Assembly (NCBI GenBank): GCA_963762145.1
Contig: CAVXJS010000015.1
Span: 256,001 to 320,000, forward strand
Length of the DNA: 64,000 nucleotides
Direction of reading: 5' to 3'
DNA from: an uncultured Candidatus Rokubacteria bacterium
GTDB lineage: Bacteria; Methylomirabilota; Methylomirabilia; Rokubacteriales; CSP1-6
Made by a program: the position numbers and the translations under genes. Numbering within the stretch: the stretch's first letter is position 1; every line of letters starts with the position of its first letter. The notes beneath the pieces were generated by a model, which was not told where the DNA came from, searched no databases, and worked only from the letters and a program-made list of their open reading frames with translations. Positions 22,002 to 31,842 of the stretch are shown here, piece by piece.

Positions 22002-22511
22002 ATGGCCTCCGTCGAGTACCGCGGGATGAACCTGGTGATCCCGGAGAACGACTCGGAGTGGCGCGAGCACTTCAAGCTCGCGCGCACGAGCCACCAGCTG
22101 ACGCTGCGCGCCTGCAAGGCGTGCGAGCTCATGCGCTACCCGCCGAGCCACGGCTGCCCCTGGTGCATGTCGCTCGAGTGGGAGCTGGAAGCGAGGTGAG
22201 CGGCCGCGGGCACATCTACTCCTACGAGGTCGTGCACCACGCGATCCAGCCCGGCTTCAAGGAGTGGACGCCCTACGCGGTGGTGCTGGTCGAGCTCGAC
22301 GAGCAGCGCGGCGCGCCGACCGAGCGACGAGGCGCTGCGCGTCATCGCGAACCTGGTGACGCCCGAGTTCCGGCCGGAGCCGGAGGCCAACGTGGCGATC
22401 GGCAAGCGGGTGCGCGTGGTCTTCCAGGACCTGGCGCCGGACTTCGCGCTGCCGCAGTTCACGCTGACCGACGAGCCGGCCGAGGGCCGCGTCTGGCGCT
22501 TCCCCGGCTAG
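22002..22511 (+). CDS. DUF35 Zn-ribbon/OB-fold protein (frameshifted), partner of the thiolase
   Basis: CKACELMRYPPSHGCPWC, SGRGHIYSY, PYAVVLVELDEQ, IGKRVRVVF. Confidence 0.85.
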
Positions 22512-23268
22512 CGAGCGCTCCGAGGCCCAGCCACACCGCGCCCTGCACCAGGAGGTGCACGGCGAGCGCCAGCACGAAGGCGACGTCCCGCCCGAGGGGC
22601 ACCACGCCCACCGCCAGCACGAAGCAGAAGAACCCGAAGCTCCACATCGCGGGCAGGAACGCCCGCAGGAAGCCCACCGCGGCGGGCGCGCCCTGCTGCG
22701 CGTGGGTGAACGCGAGCAGGATCGTGGTGGCGATCGGAAACGGGGTGATCGCGCCGGAGAGCCGCGGGCCGAGCCACGTGGCGAGGCCGGTCACCGCGAG
22801 CACCAGCACCACCGACGCGCCCATACGCAGAGGCAGGTCCCAGACGGGCGCGGGAGGCGGGATCGGCGCGTCGGGCAGTGGCGGGAGCGTGAACGGCGCG
22901 ATGGCGAACGCGGCCAGCGCGAGCGCGAGCCCCGAGGCGGCCGTCCAGGTCACCGCCTGCAGCGCGACGGTCAGGAGCGCGAAGGCGATCCAGCCCACCA
23001 GCACGCACACCCACCACGGCCGCGCCACCGCGGTCCACGCGTAGATCACCGAGAAGGCGGCGACCGCGGCCAGCCCGGCCAGCGTGGCTTCCGCGGCTCT
23101 GGCCACGAACGCGTCGCCCTGCTCGAGAGCCAGGAAGAACAGCACCGGCCCCGCCACCATCGGCAGGGCGTTCAGCCAGCCGCCGAGCCGGGGCCCGAAG
23201 CGGCGACCGGCCAGCGTGACCAGGGCGATGAGCCCCGGCACCAGGATCAGCTTGAGAAGGAGCGTCAC
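22459..23268 (-). CDS. Uncharacterised multi-pass membrane protein with an internal duplication
   Basis: About 8 hydrophobic segments; repeats FGPRLGGWLNALP and LGPRLSGAITPFP. Confidence 0.7.
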   Translation of the reverse strand: MTLLLKLILVPGLIALVTLAGRRFGPRLGGWLNALPMVAGPVLFFLALEQGDAFVARAAEATLAGLAAVAAFSVIYAWTAVARPWWVCVLVGWIAFALLTVALQAVTWTAASGLALALAAFAIAPFTLPPLPDAPIPPPAPVWDLPLRMGASVVLVLAVTGLATWLGPRLSGAITPFPIATTILLAFTHAQQGAPAAVGFLRAFLPAMWSFGFFCFVLAVGVVPLGRDVAFVLALAVHLLVQGAVWLGLGALASRGSARRGPRPARRSA

Positions 23269-23293
23269 CGCCGGGGCGGGCGCGCGGAGGGCC

Positions 23294-23956
23294 TCACGAC
23301 TTGCAGACGCGGAAGTTGGCGTAGTCGCCCTGCGCGCTGCTCTTGGTGTCGTCGGAGTCGGTGAGCACCGCGATCCCGCCCGGCTTGGGGACCTCGCTCA
23401 CCCCGAAGTACTTCTGGTAGTCCTCGAGGACGTTCACCCGCTCGTCGGTCCAGTGGCCCGCCTGGGAGCTGGATCGCAGGACGCGCACCTGGGTGCTGCC
23501 CGCGCTCGACGTGAGATGGGTGCCCGCCGGCACCACCCGGCTCCAGACGTACTTGACGGTCTTCGCCGAGATCGACGAGGTCGGGAAGACCGCGTACACC
23601 GACAGCGCGCTGTCGTTGGTGCTCGATTTCCGCTCGTCGGAGCCGGTGGGGAACTCGATGGGCCGCCACGACCAGGCCAGGATGGGATAGGCCTCGAGGT
23701 TCCAGCTCACCTCACGGCCGGCCTGGATGCCGATGCGGCGGGCGATGGCGCGGAGGAAGCGGCGCCCGTCCTCCTCCCGGACGGAGTAGACCGGCCGGCC
23801 CGAATCCTTGCGCGGTTTCCACTCCGGAGGGAACTCGCCGACGCGGCCCTGAGAGAAATCGTCCAGCGCGACGCAATCCGCCCCGAGCGCGGAGCCCGGC
23901 CCCGCGCCGAGCGAGGCGACCAGGAGGAGAAGCCCGATCAGCGCCCGCGACGCCAC
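23294..23956 (-). CDS. DUF3047 domain exported protein
   Basis: Signal peptide; PILAWSWR, DERKSSTNDSALSVY, KYVWS, IAVLTDSDDT. Confidence 0.8.
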   Translation of the reverse strand: MASRALIGLLLLVASLGAGPGSALGADCVALDDFSQGRVGEFPPEWKPRKDSGRPVYSVREEDGRRFLRAIARRIGIQAGREVSWNLEAYPILAWSWRPIEFPTGSDERKSSTNDSALSVYAVFPTSSISAKTVKYVWSRVVPAGTHLTSSAGSTQVRVLRSSSQAGHWTDERVNVLEDYQKYFGVSEVPKPGGIAVLTDSDDTKSSAQGDYANFRVCKS

Positions 23957-25346
23957 CAGGAGTGAACCAGATGATCGACGACCTGGACGAGCTGTCCCAC
24001 CGTGCGGCACTCCTTCACGATGTCGCAGGCCGGCGAGTACAGGGGCATCACGCTGTCGCCGATCCCCCAGCCCCATTGCCCCTCGGGGTTCAGCCAGATG
24101 ATGCCCTTCACGCGCTCGCGGATCTGGCGGATGGCCCACGCCTGGGGGTCGTTGTAGTTGTTGCGCGCGTCGCCCAGGATCAGCACGGTGGTCTTGCGGT
24201 CGAGCGACTCGATCTCGGTGTGGCTGAAGCGGTTGAACGCATAGCCGAAATCGGAGCGGCAGTGGTAGTCCACCGAGGAGGACTTGAGCGCCCAGTCGAT
24301 CGCGGTGTCCACCGGGTACGTGCTGAAGGCCTGGGTGACCTCGGCGATCTCCGACACGAAGACGTAGGAGCGGACGCGGGAGAAGCAGTCCTGCAGGCTC
24401 CACACGAGCTGGAGCATGAAGCGGGAGGCATTGCGCACCGAGTCGGACACGTCGCAGAGCGTGATCAGCTTGGGCTTCTCGCGATGCCGCCGCCGGAAGC
24501 GCATCTCCATCGGGATCCCGCCGTACTGCAGGCTCTTGCGGATGGTGCGCCGCGAGTCGAGCCGGCCCTTCTCCTCCTGGCGCTGGCGCATCGCGAGGGC
24601 GTCCTTGATCTTGCGCGCGAGGCGGGCGACCACCGCCTTCATCTGCGCGACCTCGTCGGCGGACAGCGCGAAGAGCGGCTTGTCCGTCAGGACCTCGCGG
24701 GTGAGCTGCTCGCCCGCGCGCATGGCGCGGCGCTCGAGCTCGCGCTCCACGTGCTGGCGGATCATGCTGCGGAAGGCCTCGAGGCGCAGGTCGAGATAGT
24801 TGCGGATGCGCGCGAGCATGCCCGGGTCGATCCCCTTGGCCTCGAGCATCTGCATGATGCGGCACAGGTCGCGCTCGATCGCCTCCCAGTCGAACTTGTC
24901 GTAGATGCGGCGGGAGAAGTAGCCGGTCTGCAGGAAGTACATCAGACGCTCGAGCCCGGCGGTCTGGCCCTCCTGCCGGATGGCCATCTCCATGTCGCTG
25001 CCCTCGCCCCGCATCAGCAGCTCGGTGAGCTCGTCGATCTCGAGGCCCTCTTCGGACATCAGGCGGTCGAGCATCTCCTGGATGCTCGGGTCCTCCGGGC
25101 CGAGGGCCTTCTTGAGCCGCTGCCGAGCGCCTGGAGGTCGAGGAAGTAGAGGTCGAAGATCCGGTCGAAGGTCGCGTAGTCGCGCGACTCCTTGACGAGC
25201 GTGGTGGCGAGCGCGGACTTGAACGTCTCGCCGCTCTCCAGCCCGATCTCCGTCGAGGCGGCGAGCGCGTCGAGCGCCTCGCTGGGCGAGATGCGCATCT
25301 CGGCCCTCCGCAGGTCGCCGATGAACTCGAGGATTCGCTGGTCCAT
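23938..25346 (-). CDS. CoxE-like VWA domain protein (frameshift near 25125)
   Basis: MDQRILEFIGDLRRA; LCDVSDSV MIDAS; LILGDARNNY; WLNPE; GDSVM. Confidence 0.85.
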
Positions 25347-25907
25347 TTATCGCGTGAAGTGGACCCAGGAGGACTTGAAGACGTCCTCGCCGCCGTCCCG
25401 GCTGATGGGATGCAGGCGCCCGTCCTCGAGGCGAATCAGGCCGTGGAAGGAGCCGTGGCAGATCAGATGCGTCATCTCGAGCTTCCATCCGAGCGGGCCG
25501 GCGGGCGCGTCTTCGTCCCGTTCCGTCGCGTGCGACACATCGGTCACGTCGCCGACCAGGTGGAGCACCCGCACCGGCCCCTCGGCGCAGCGCAGGCCGA
25601 GCACCACCTTGTAGGCGAGGCCCTGGCGGAAGGTCTCCACCGTCATCTCGCCCGGGTGCAGGAGATGCGGTACCGCCTCCGGCATGGTCGCGAGGTAAAA
25701 GTCACGCGGCGCCGGGTGCACGTAGTAGAAGTGCCAGCGTCCCGCCGCGGAGATCCAGAGCTTGGTGTACTCGCCGAGCGCGCCCGAGAGGCAGCGCCCC
25801 CCTTCGATGAACACGGGACCCGACGGCCCCAGCTCCGGCAGCCGGATGCGCGGGCTCGGGAACCAGAGCTCGCGAAACTCGGTGAGGCCGGATGGGCTCC
25901 CGCTCAT
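25347..25907 (-). CDS. Hypothetical protein between the MoxR and VWA genes
   Basis: 186-aa ORF filling the gap (6-nt and 0-nt spacers), GC-typical codons, no recognised motif. Confidence 0.65.
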   Translation of the reverse strand: MSGSPSGLTEFRELWFPSPRIRLPELGPSGPVFIEGGRCLSGALGEYTKLWISAAGRWHFYYVHPAPRDFYLATMPEAVPHLLHPGEMTVETFRQGLAYKVVLGLRCAEGPVRVLHLVGDVTDVSHATERDEDAPAGPLGWKLEMTHLICHGSFHGLIRLEDGRLHPISRDGGEDVFKSSWVHFTR

Positions 25908-25913
25908 GGGCGA

Positions 25914-26828
25914 CTAGCCCAGGTCGGCCAGCACCTTGTCGAGCGCGCCCTTGACCCGCTCGAGGTCCTTCTCGTGCTTGACGAGCATCGTGAGCGTGGA
26001 CTCGACCAGGTCGCGGTCGAGCGCTTCGGCGTTCAGGATGACGAGCGAGCGCGCCCAGTCGAGGCTCTCGGAGACGGACGGCGCCTTGCGCAGCTCGAGC
26101 CCGCGGATGCGCTGCACCGCGGTGACGACCGTCTGGGCCAGGCGCTCGGAGACCTCCGGGACCTTCAGCCGAATGATCGCGAGCTCCTCGTCGGCGGGCG
26201 GAAAGTCGATGAAGAGATGCAGGCAGCGGCGCTTGAGGCCGTCGGACAGCTCGCGCGCATTGTTCGACGTGAGCACGACCAGCGGGATGTTCTTGGCCCG
26301 GATCGTGCCGAGCTCGGGCACCGAGACCTGGAAGTCGGAGAGAACTTCCAGCAGGAATGCCTCGAACTCGGGCTCCGCCTTGTCGATCTCGTCGATCAGG
26401 AGCACGACCGGATCGGCGGACTCGATCGCCTGCAGCAGCGGGCGCGGGGCCAGGAAGCGATGAGAGAAGAAGGCGTCGTCCTGGCCCGAGATGCGGGCGA
26501 CCGCGTCGGGCAGCGACGGGGCGTCCGCGATCAGCTCGCCGATGCGCTCCTTCAGGAGCTGGGTGTAGAGCAGCTGCTTGGCGTACTTCCACTCGTAGAG
26601 CGCCTTGCCCTCGTCGAGCCCCTCGTAGCACTGCAGGCGGATGAGGTGCCGCCCGGTCATCTCGGCGAGCGTCTTGGCCAGCTCCGTCTTGCCCACGCCC
26701 GCCGGTCCTTCGATGAGCACGGGACGGCCCATGCGCGCGGCGAGGAAGACCACGGTCGAGATGCGACGGTTGGCGATGTAGCGGGCATTCTTGAACTGCT
26801 GCTGGACGTCCTCGACGGACTGGAACAT
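25914..26828 (-). CDS. MoxR family AAA+ ATPase (CoxD-like)
   Basis: EGPAGVGKTELAK, RLQCYEGLD, LLIDEIDK, LTSNNARELSDGLKRRC. Confidence 0.92.
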   Translation of the reverse strand: MFQSVEDVQQQFKNARYIANRRISTVVFLAARMGRPVLIEGPAGVGKTELAKTLAEMTGRHLIRLQCYEGLDEGKALYEWKYAKQLLYTQLLKERIGELIADAPSLPDAVARISGQDDAFFSHRFLAPRPLLQAIESADPVVLLIDEIDKAEPEFEAFLLEVLSDFQVSVPELGTIRAKNIPLVVLTSNNARELSDGLKRRCLHLFIDFPPADEELAIIRLKVPEVSERLAQTVVTAVQRIRGLELRKAPSVSESLDWARSLVILNAEALDRDLVESTLTMLVKHEKDLERVKGALDKVLADLG

Positions 26829-26916
26829 GGCGGCTCCCTGAGTGAGAATTGGGCGCCAGTGTAGCACAATGCCCGCGGCGGTTGGCCGCCCGGGCCGACG
26901 GTGGGACACTCGTGGC

Positions 26917-28045
26917 ATGGCCCCGACCCCGGCGCCCGAGGACGGCGCCCGCGCGCGCGTCTACCACCGTCGCCAGCTCGCCCTCTCGCTGCTCGGACTG
27001 GCCCTCTCGATCGCCTATCTGATCGCGCTCATCGCGACGCGGGCGGCGGCGCATCTGGCCGACCAGGTGGCGCGATGGACCACGCATCTGGTGGCTCGAG
27101 CTCGGTATCGTCCTGCTCGTCCTCGCCGGCGCGTACCGCCTTCTGACCCTCCCGCTGCACTGGCTCGGCGGGTACTGGCTGCCGCGCCGCTTCGGGCTGC
27201 TGCACCAGCCGTTCCGGCGCTGGCTCTGGGACGCGGTGAAGGCGGCGCTGATCGGCGCGGCACTGGGCCTGCTGGCGGTGCTGGCCATCTATGCGCTGCT
27301 GCGCGTGACACCCTGGTGGTGGCTCTGGGGCGCCGCCATCTTCCTCGCCGGCTATACCCTCCTCGCCCTGGTCGCCCCGATCTGGCTCGTGCCGCTCTTC
27401 TACCGCCTGACCCCGCTCCCGGACGGGGACCTGCTCGCGCGACTGCTCGCGCTCGCGCGCCGGGTCGGGGTGCCGGTGACCGGCGTGTTCGTCGTGGACC
27501 AGTCGCGCAAGAGCCGCACCGCGAACGCGGCGGTGACCGGCCTGGGCCGCACCCGGCGAATCCTGCTCTTCGACACCCTGCTCGACCAGTTCACCGCGGA
27601 GGAGATCGAGGCGGTGCTCGCGCACGAGCTGGCGCATCAGCTCCACGGCGACATCCGCCGCGGGCTCCTGGTCCAGGGCGCGCTCACCCTCGTCACCTTC
27701 TGGATCGCCGATCTCGCGCTGGGGTGGGGCGTGGGGTGGCTCGGCCTCGCCGGCCCCGCAGATATCGCGGGACTGCCGCTCTTCGGCCTGATCCTGGTCC
27801 TCGTGAGCCTTGCCGCGTTACCGGTCGCCAACGGCTGGTCCCGCCGGGTCGAGTGGCAGGCCGACCGGTTCGCGCTCGAGACGATCGCCGACCCGCCCGC
27901 CTTCATCGGGTCCATGGAGCGGCTGGCCACCCTCAATCTGGCCGAGCGCGACCCTCATCGCCTCGAGGAGTTCTTCCTCTACTCCCATCCGGCGATCGCG
28001 CGCCGGATTGCCCACGCGCGGCAGTTTCATCACGGTCTGACCTGA
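26917..28045 (+). CDS. M48 (Ste24-like) membrane zinc metallopeptidase, frameshift near 27090
   Basis: ANAAVTGLG, LFDTLL, AHELAH, EWQADRFA, YSHP. Confidence 0.88.
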
Positions 28046-28099
28046 CAGTGTGTCGGGAGCGTATCGCTCGCGCCTCCCAGGGACCTTCGGGGTTGAATC

Positions 28100-28155
28100 T
28101 AAATAGTTGTTATACATGGTATTATTGATTCGGGCGCCATGGCACTTCGATTGCT
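28100..28155 (+). promoter_or_regulatory. sigma54 promoter with upstream AT-rich/IHF-like site
   Basis: TGGCACTTCGATTGCT (28140-28155; GG-N10-GC); AT-rich tract containing TAACAACTATTTA on the minus strand. Confidence 0.65.
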
Positions 28156-28212
28156 TGGTACGGAGAAACGCTTCGACGTAAACAGGCAATGGGGAGCCGA
28201 GACGAACTTTCA

Positions 28213-29517
28213 ATGGCCCGAGTCAACAACCGCGGACTAGGCGGCGCGACGTCGCTGATCCGTCACCTGCAGATTCTTCGCACGGTGACCGAGGCAGTGA
28301 GCCGCTCGCTCGACCTCAACGAGGTCATCCAGAAGTCGCTGGGCGCGCTCACGCACGTCACCGGCCACGAGATCGCGAGCCTTCACCTCGTCTCCTCCGA
28401 CGGCAAGACGCTCCTGCTGCGCGGTGAACGCGGCCTCTCGGAGCGCCTGCGCGAGGTCAACGAGATGCTGCCCATCGGCCAGGGCCTCATCGGCCGGGTG
28501 GCCGCCTCCGGGCGCGTGCGGCGCGTGGACGAGGCTGGGCGGGCCAACGACCTCCTGCCCGCCGCGCGGGCCGCGGTGACCGCCGACGGGATCCGCGGCT
28601 TCCTGTGCGTGCCGATCCGCGCGCGCCACCGGATCCTGGGAACGCTCTCGCTCGGCCGGCAGACCGAGGACCGCTTCAGCAACGAGGAGGTCGCGCTGCT
28701 GGAGTCGAGCGCCGACCAGATCGGCCTGGCCCTGGACAACGCGCGCCTGTACACCGAGACGCGCCTGCAGCTCGAGGAGCTGCGCCGCTCGCACACCGAC
28801 GTGGTGCGGGCCGAGCGGCTGGCCGCGGTCGGCGAGCTGGCGGGCGGCGTCGCGCACGAGATCAACAACCCGCTCATGATCATCCTGGGCCAGGTGCACC
28901 TGCTGCTGCAGTCCCAGGACCACGACGCGGTCCTCACCGGGCTCAAGGTCATCGACGGAGCCACCAAGCGCGCGGCCAACATCGTGCGGGAGCTGGTGCT
29001 CTTCGCCGAGCGCTCGCCCCTGCGCCGCGCGCGCTGCAAGGTCAGCGACCAGATCTACAAGGTGCTCTCCCTGCACCAGTCGCGCCTCGAGGGCGCCCAC
29101 ATCACGGTGCAGACCGAGTTCGAGGAAGTGCCGGAGATCTGGGCCGACAGCAATCAGCTCCAGGAGGCGCTCTTCCACCTGGTGCAGAACGCCGAGCAGG
29201 CGATGTCCACCGCCCGCGGCTCCGGCACCCTCGCGATCCGGGTGCGCCCGGGGAGCGACGGGGGCGTGCGCATCGAGGTCTCCGATGATGGGCCGGGCGT
29301 GGCGCCCGACGATCTGGCCCGCGTCTTCAATCCGTTCTTCACGACCAAGGCGCCCGGCGAAGGCCGAGGCCTGGGCCTGTCGGTCGCCCACAGCGTGGTC
29401 GCGGAGCACGAGGGGCGCCTCTGGGCCGAGAACCGGCCCGGCGGCGGTGCGATGTTCGTGATCGAGCTGCCCGCCGGCGTTCCGGTCGTCGATCCCGCTC
29501 TCAGCCCGTCCTCCTGA
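28213..29517 (+). CDS. Cytoplasmic GAF-domain sensor histidine kinase (NtrB-like)
   Basis: GAF; AHEINNPL; HLVQNA; DDGPG; FFTTK; GRGLGL. Confidence 0.9.
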   Translation: MARVNNRGLGGATSLIRHLQILRTVTEAVSRSLDLNEVIQKSLGALTHVTGHEIASLHLVSSDGKTLLLRGERGLSERLREVNEMLPIGQGLIGRVAASGRVRRVDEAGRANDLLPAARAAVTADGIRGFLCVPIRARHRILGTLSLGRQTEDRFSNEEVALLESSADQIGLALDNARLYTETRLQLEELRRSHTDVVRAERLAAVGELAGGVAHEINNPLMIILGQVHLLLQSQDHDAVLTGLKVIDGATKRAANIVRELVLFAERSPLRRARCKVSDQIYKVLSLHQSRLEGAHITVQTEFEEVPEIWADSNQLQEALFHLVQNAEQAMSTARGSGTLAIRVRPGSDGGVRIEVSDDGPGVAPDDLARVFNPFFTTKAPGEGRGLGLSVAHSVVAEHEGRLWAENRPGGGAMFVIELPAGVPVVDPALSPSS

Positions 29518-29569
29518 TCCGTCCGCTCCCGTCGCCCGCGCCCGCGGGCCCGTGGTACTCTGCTTCCTC

Positions 29570-29764
29570 GTGCGATCCGTAATTCTCGTTCGAACCGTCA
29601 TCTCGCTGGGCGCGGCGCTGACCCTGGCAGCCTGCGGTACCGTCGAGGGCCCGCGGCGCGCCTCGGACTCGGCGACCAGTCGCTGCACGAGCCAGCCGGG
29701 CCGCGGCAGCTCGGTCGACGAGAACCGGCCGATCTTCTTGCTGTTCTGCTCTGAATCGCCCTGA
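29570..29764 (+). CDS. Small lipoprotein
   Basis: Lipobox LAAC; two further Cys; TGGTACTCT -10 eight nt before GTG. Confidence 0.55.
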   Translation: MRSVILVRTVISLGAALTLAACGTVEGPRRASDSATSRCTSQPGRGSSVDENRPIFLLFCSESP

Positions 29765-29791
29765 GTCCGGTCGGGGCGCGACGGGGACCGG

Positions 29792-29995
29792 CTACCGCCG
29801 AGGCGGCCAGTAGCGCGCGAGCCCCAGGCGCAGGGCGAGGATCCAGGCCAGCGCGCCCATGATCAGCCAGAAGAGCGCGGCGACCAGCTCGCCGGTCAGC
29901 TGCATCCGCTCGAAATGGGGCCAGACCCACCAGAGACCGAAGAGCAGAGCTCCGAGCCAGACCAGCATCAGCAGGGCCCACAGGTAGGCGAGCAT
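29792..29995 (-). CDS. Small two-helix membrane protein
   Basis: 67 aa, two hydrophobic segments, GGAGG 9 nt before ATG. Confidence 0.6.
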   Translation of the reverse strand: MLAYLWALLMLVWLGALLFGLWWVWPHFERMQLTGELVAALFWLIMGALAWILALRLGLARYWPPRR

Positions 29996-30004
29996 CGGGA
30001 TGGA

Positions 30005-30040
30005 CCTCCCGGACGGCCCGGATCGGGGCCGTCCGGGAGG
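30005..30040. repeat. 15-bp perfect inverted repeat (hairpin)
   Basis: CCTCCCGGACGGCCC-6nt-GGGCCGTCCGGGAGG. Confidence 0.8.
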
Positions 30041-30047
30041 AGAGCGC

Positions 30048-31535
30048 TTATCCGCCGAACCGCTTGGCGATCTCGCCCGGCAGCACGGTGACCGCCCAGA
30101 AGCCGACGCCGCCGAACCCGGTGACGACCGTGATCCAGAGCAGCCACGTGTTGAGCGTGCTCACCTTGAATCCGTCCGGCAGACGCCGGTTGTTCAGCAA
30201 GAGGATCTGCCACGCGCCGATCGACCGGTAGACCAGCGCGGAGATCGCGACGCCGATCCACAGGATGAACGGCTGGGCCACCGTGATCAGGTAGAAGCCG
30301 GCCGCGACCGCGGCCGTCACCACCACGAAATAGTAAAAGCGGTACGGACGGCGGGCCCGCCCGGTGACCGCGATGGCGTCGCAGGTCGTGCGCCCGATGT
30401 AGGTGTCGTAGAACGGGAACTGCGCGTCGTACAGCGTCACCATGATGAACACCAGCATGAGCCAGCCCGCCATCGGCCCGAGCACACCCGTGGCGATGGT
30501 GGCCATCTGGATCGGCACCGCGACGCCGGACGGGACGTTCCCGGTCTTGAGGAAATCCTCGTGGAGGTAGGCGAGCCCGCACACCGAGTAGAGGTAGGTC
30601 ATGATGAGGCCACCGATGATGGCCCACCACAGGATCAGGCTGTAGCCGCCGACCTTCACCCACTGGGTCATCTTGCGGCGCTCCTCGGGGTCGGCACTGT
30701 CCCAGCGCAGCTCCTGCGCCGTGATGTTCTCCGGCGGCTTGAGCACGCCGGTGACTTGGCCGGCGTACTTGCCCATCCCGAAGCCTGCCGCGATCACCCA
30801 GAAGCTCACCCACATCAGGCTGCCGCCGGGCTGGTTGAAGAGCGCCAGCGCGTCGGTCTTGGGCAAGGCGGCCGGGTAGCCTTCGAGGGCGAAGGTGATC
30901 CCGAGATATCCCATCAGGACCTGCCAGTAGTGCTGCGGCTTGGCCGCGATGACGGTGACGGCCAGCACCAGCACGATGTTCGCGAACATGACGAAGGTGA
31001 AGAATTTCGACAGGAAGTTGTACGTCCGGTCCGAGAAGTAGAAGACGACCAGGACCGCGAGCAGCGCCACCACCGCCCAGATGTAGTGCGGGGGCAGCCC
31101 GAAGATCGGGGGGTTGCCGATACCGGTGAACCGGTGGGCCGCGATCACCGCTCCGCCCATCCAGGCCGGCCACGCGAAGGTCGCGATGGAGACCACCGCC
31201 CAGAACCAGGGCCAGAAGCCGAACGGCTTGAGGTCGTTGGTGGCCGCGAAGAACGAGCGCCCGGTGCAGACGCTGTACTTGATGCATTCGTAGACGAGCG
31301 CGGTCTCGAGGACGACCGAGATCGTCATCAGCCAGTGCATGTGCAGCGTGCCGCGGGCGGCGACGTTCGGCAACAGGTAGGCCTCGCCGCCTCCGATCGA
31401 GATCCCGAAGTTGATGGCCTGCGGGCCGAGGGCGGCCAGCATGCCCGCAAGGGTCAGAGGAAAGGGATCCGGAACCTTGTGGATCACGCGATCATCGGTG
31501 GCGGCGGCACCCGCCGTGTCCATTACTCGTGCCAT
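30048..31535 (-). CDS. Nramp-related APC-fold transporter (no DPGN motif)
   Basis: LGPQAINFGISIGGGE; about 11 TM segments; GGAGG RBS. Confidence 0.75.
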   Translation of the reverse strand: MARVMDTAGAAATDDRVIHKVPDPFPLTLAGMLAALGPQAINFGISIGGGEAYLLPNVAARGTLHMHWLMTISVVLETALVYECIKYSVCTGRSFFAATNDLKPFGFWPWFWAVVSIATFAWPAWMGGAVIAAHRFTGIGNPPIFGLPPHYIWAVVALLAVLVVFYFSDRTYNFLSKFFTFVMFANIVLVLAVTVIAAKPQHYWQVLMGYLGITFALEGYPAALPKTDALALFNQPGGSLMWVSFWVIAAGFGMGKYAGQVTGVLKPPENITAQELRWDSADPEERRKMTQWVKVGGYSLILWWAIIGGLIMTYLYSVCGLAYLHEDFLKTGNVPSGVAVPIQMATIATGVLGPMAGWLMLVFIMVTLYDAQFPFYDTYIGRTTCDAIAVTGRARRPYRFYYFVVVTAAVAAGFYLITVAQPFILWIGVAISALVYRSIGAWQILLLNNRRLPDGFKVSTLNTWLLWITVVTGFGGVGFWAVTVLPGEIAKRFGG

Positions 31536-31759
31536 CGAGTCCTCCCTTCCGGGGCCACTGGTGCGCTCCGGGCGCGCGCGTCATTGCCCGCGCCGGGGCA
31601 GACACACGACGGGTCCCGGGGGAGGGCCGCGAGAAACAGATCTCGGCGGGCCGCCATCGAGGTGGCGGGCGAGGGCGAGGAAGAGCGGTCCGAGAACCCG
31701 ATGCAGGAGCAAGAACGCCTCCCCAGAAAGGGCCGGATGGTCTCGCCGAGGTCGCGGCG

Positions 31760-31810
31760 AGTCTAGGAGCGGGTCCGCGTCTTGTCAAGGACCGGCGAGG
31801 AGGGTATGCT
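31760..31810. promoter_or_regulatory. Overlapping divergent sigma70 promoters
   Basis: Minus: TTGACA-17-TAGACT; plus: TTGTCA-17-TATGCT; both -35 elements lie within CTTGTCAAG. Confidence 0.65.
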
Positions 31811-31842
31811 CGCGCCGTTCCGATCCCATCGTGGAGGCCCCC

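Noticed and set aside
31540-31760. yybP-ykoY manganese riboswitch
   Set aside because: GGCGAGACC and GGGGAG-like words occur in the reverse order to the consensus as I recall it, and GAGUA is absent.
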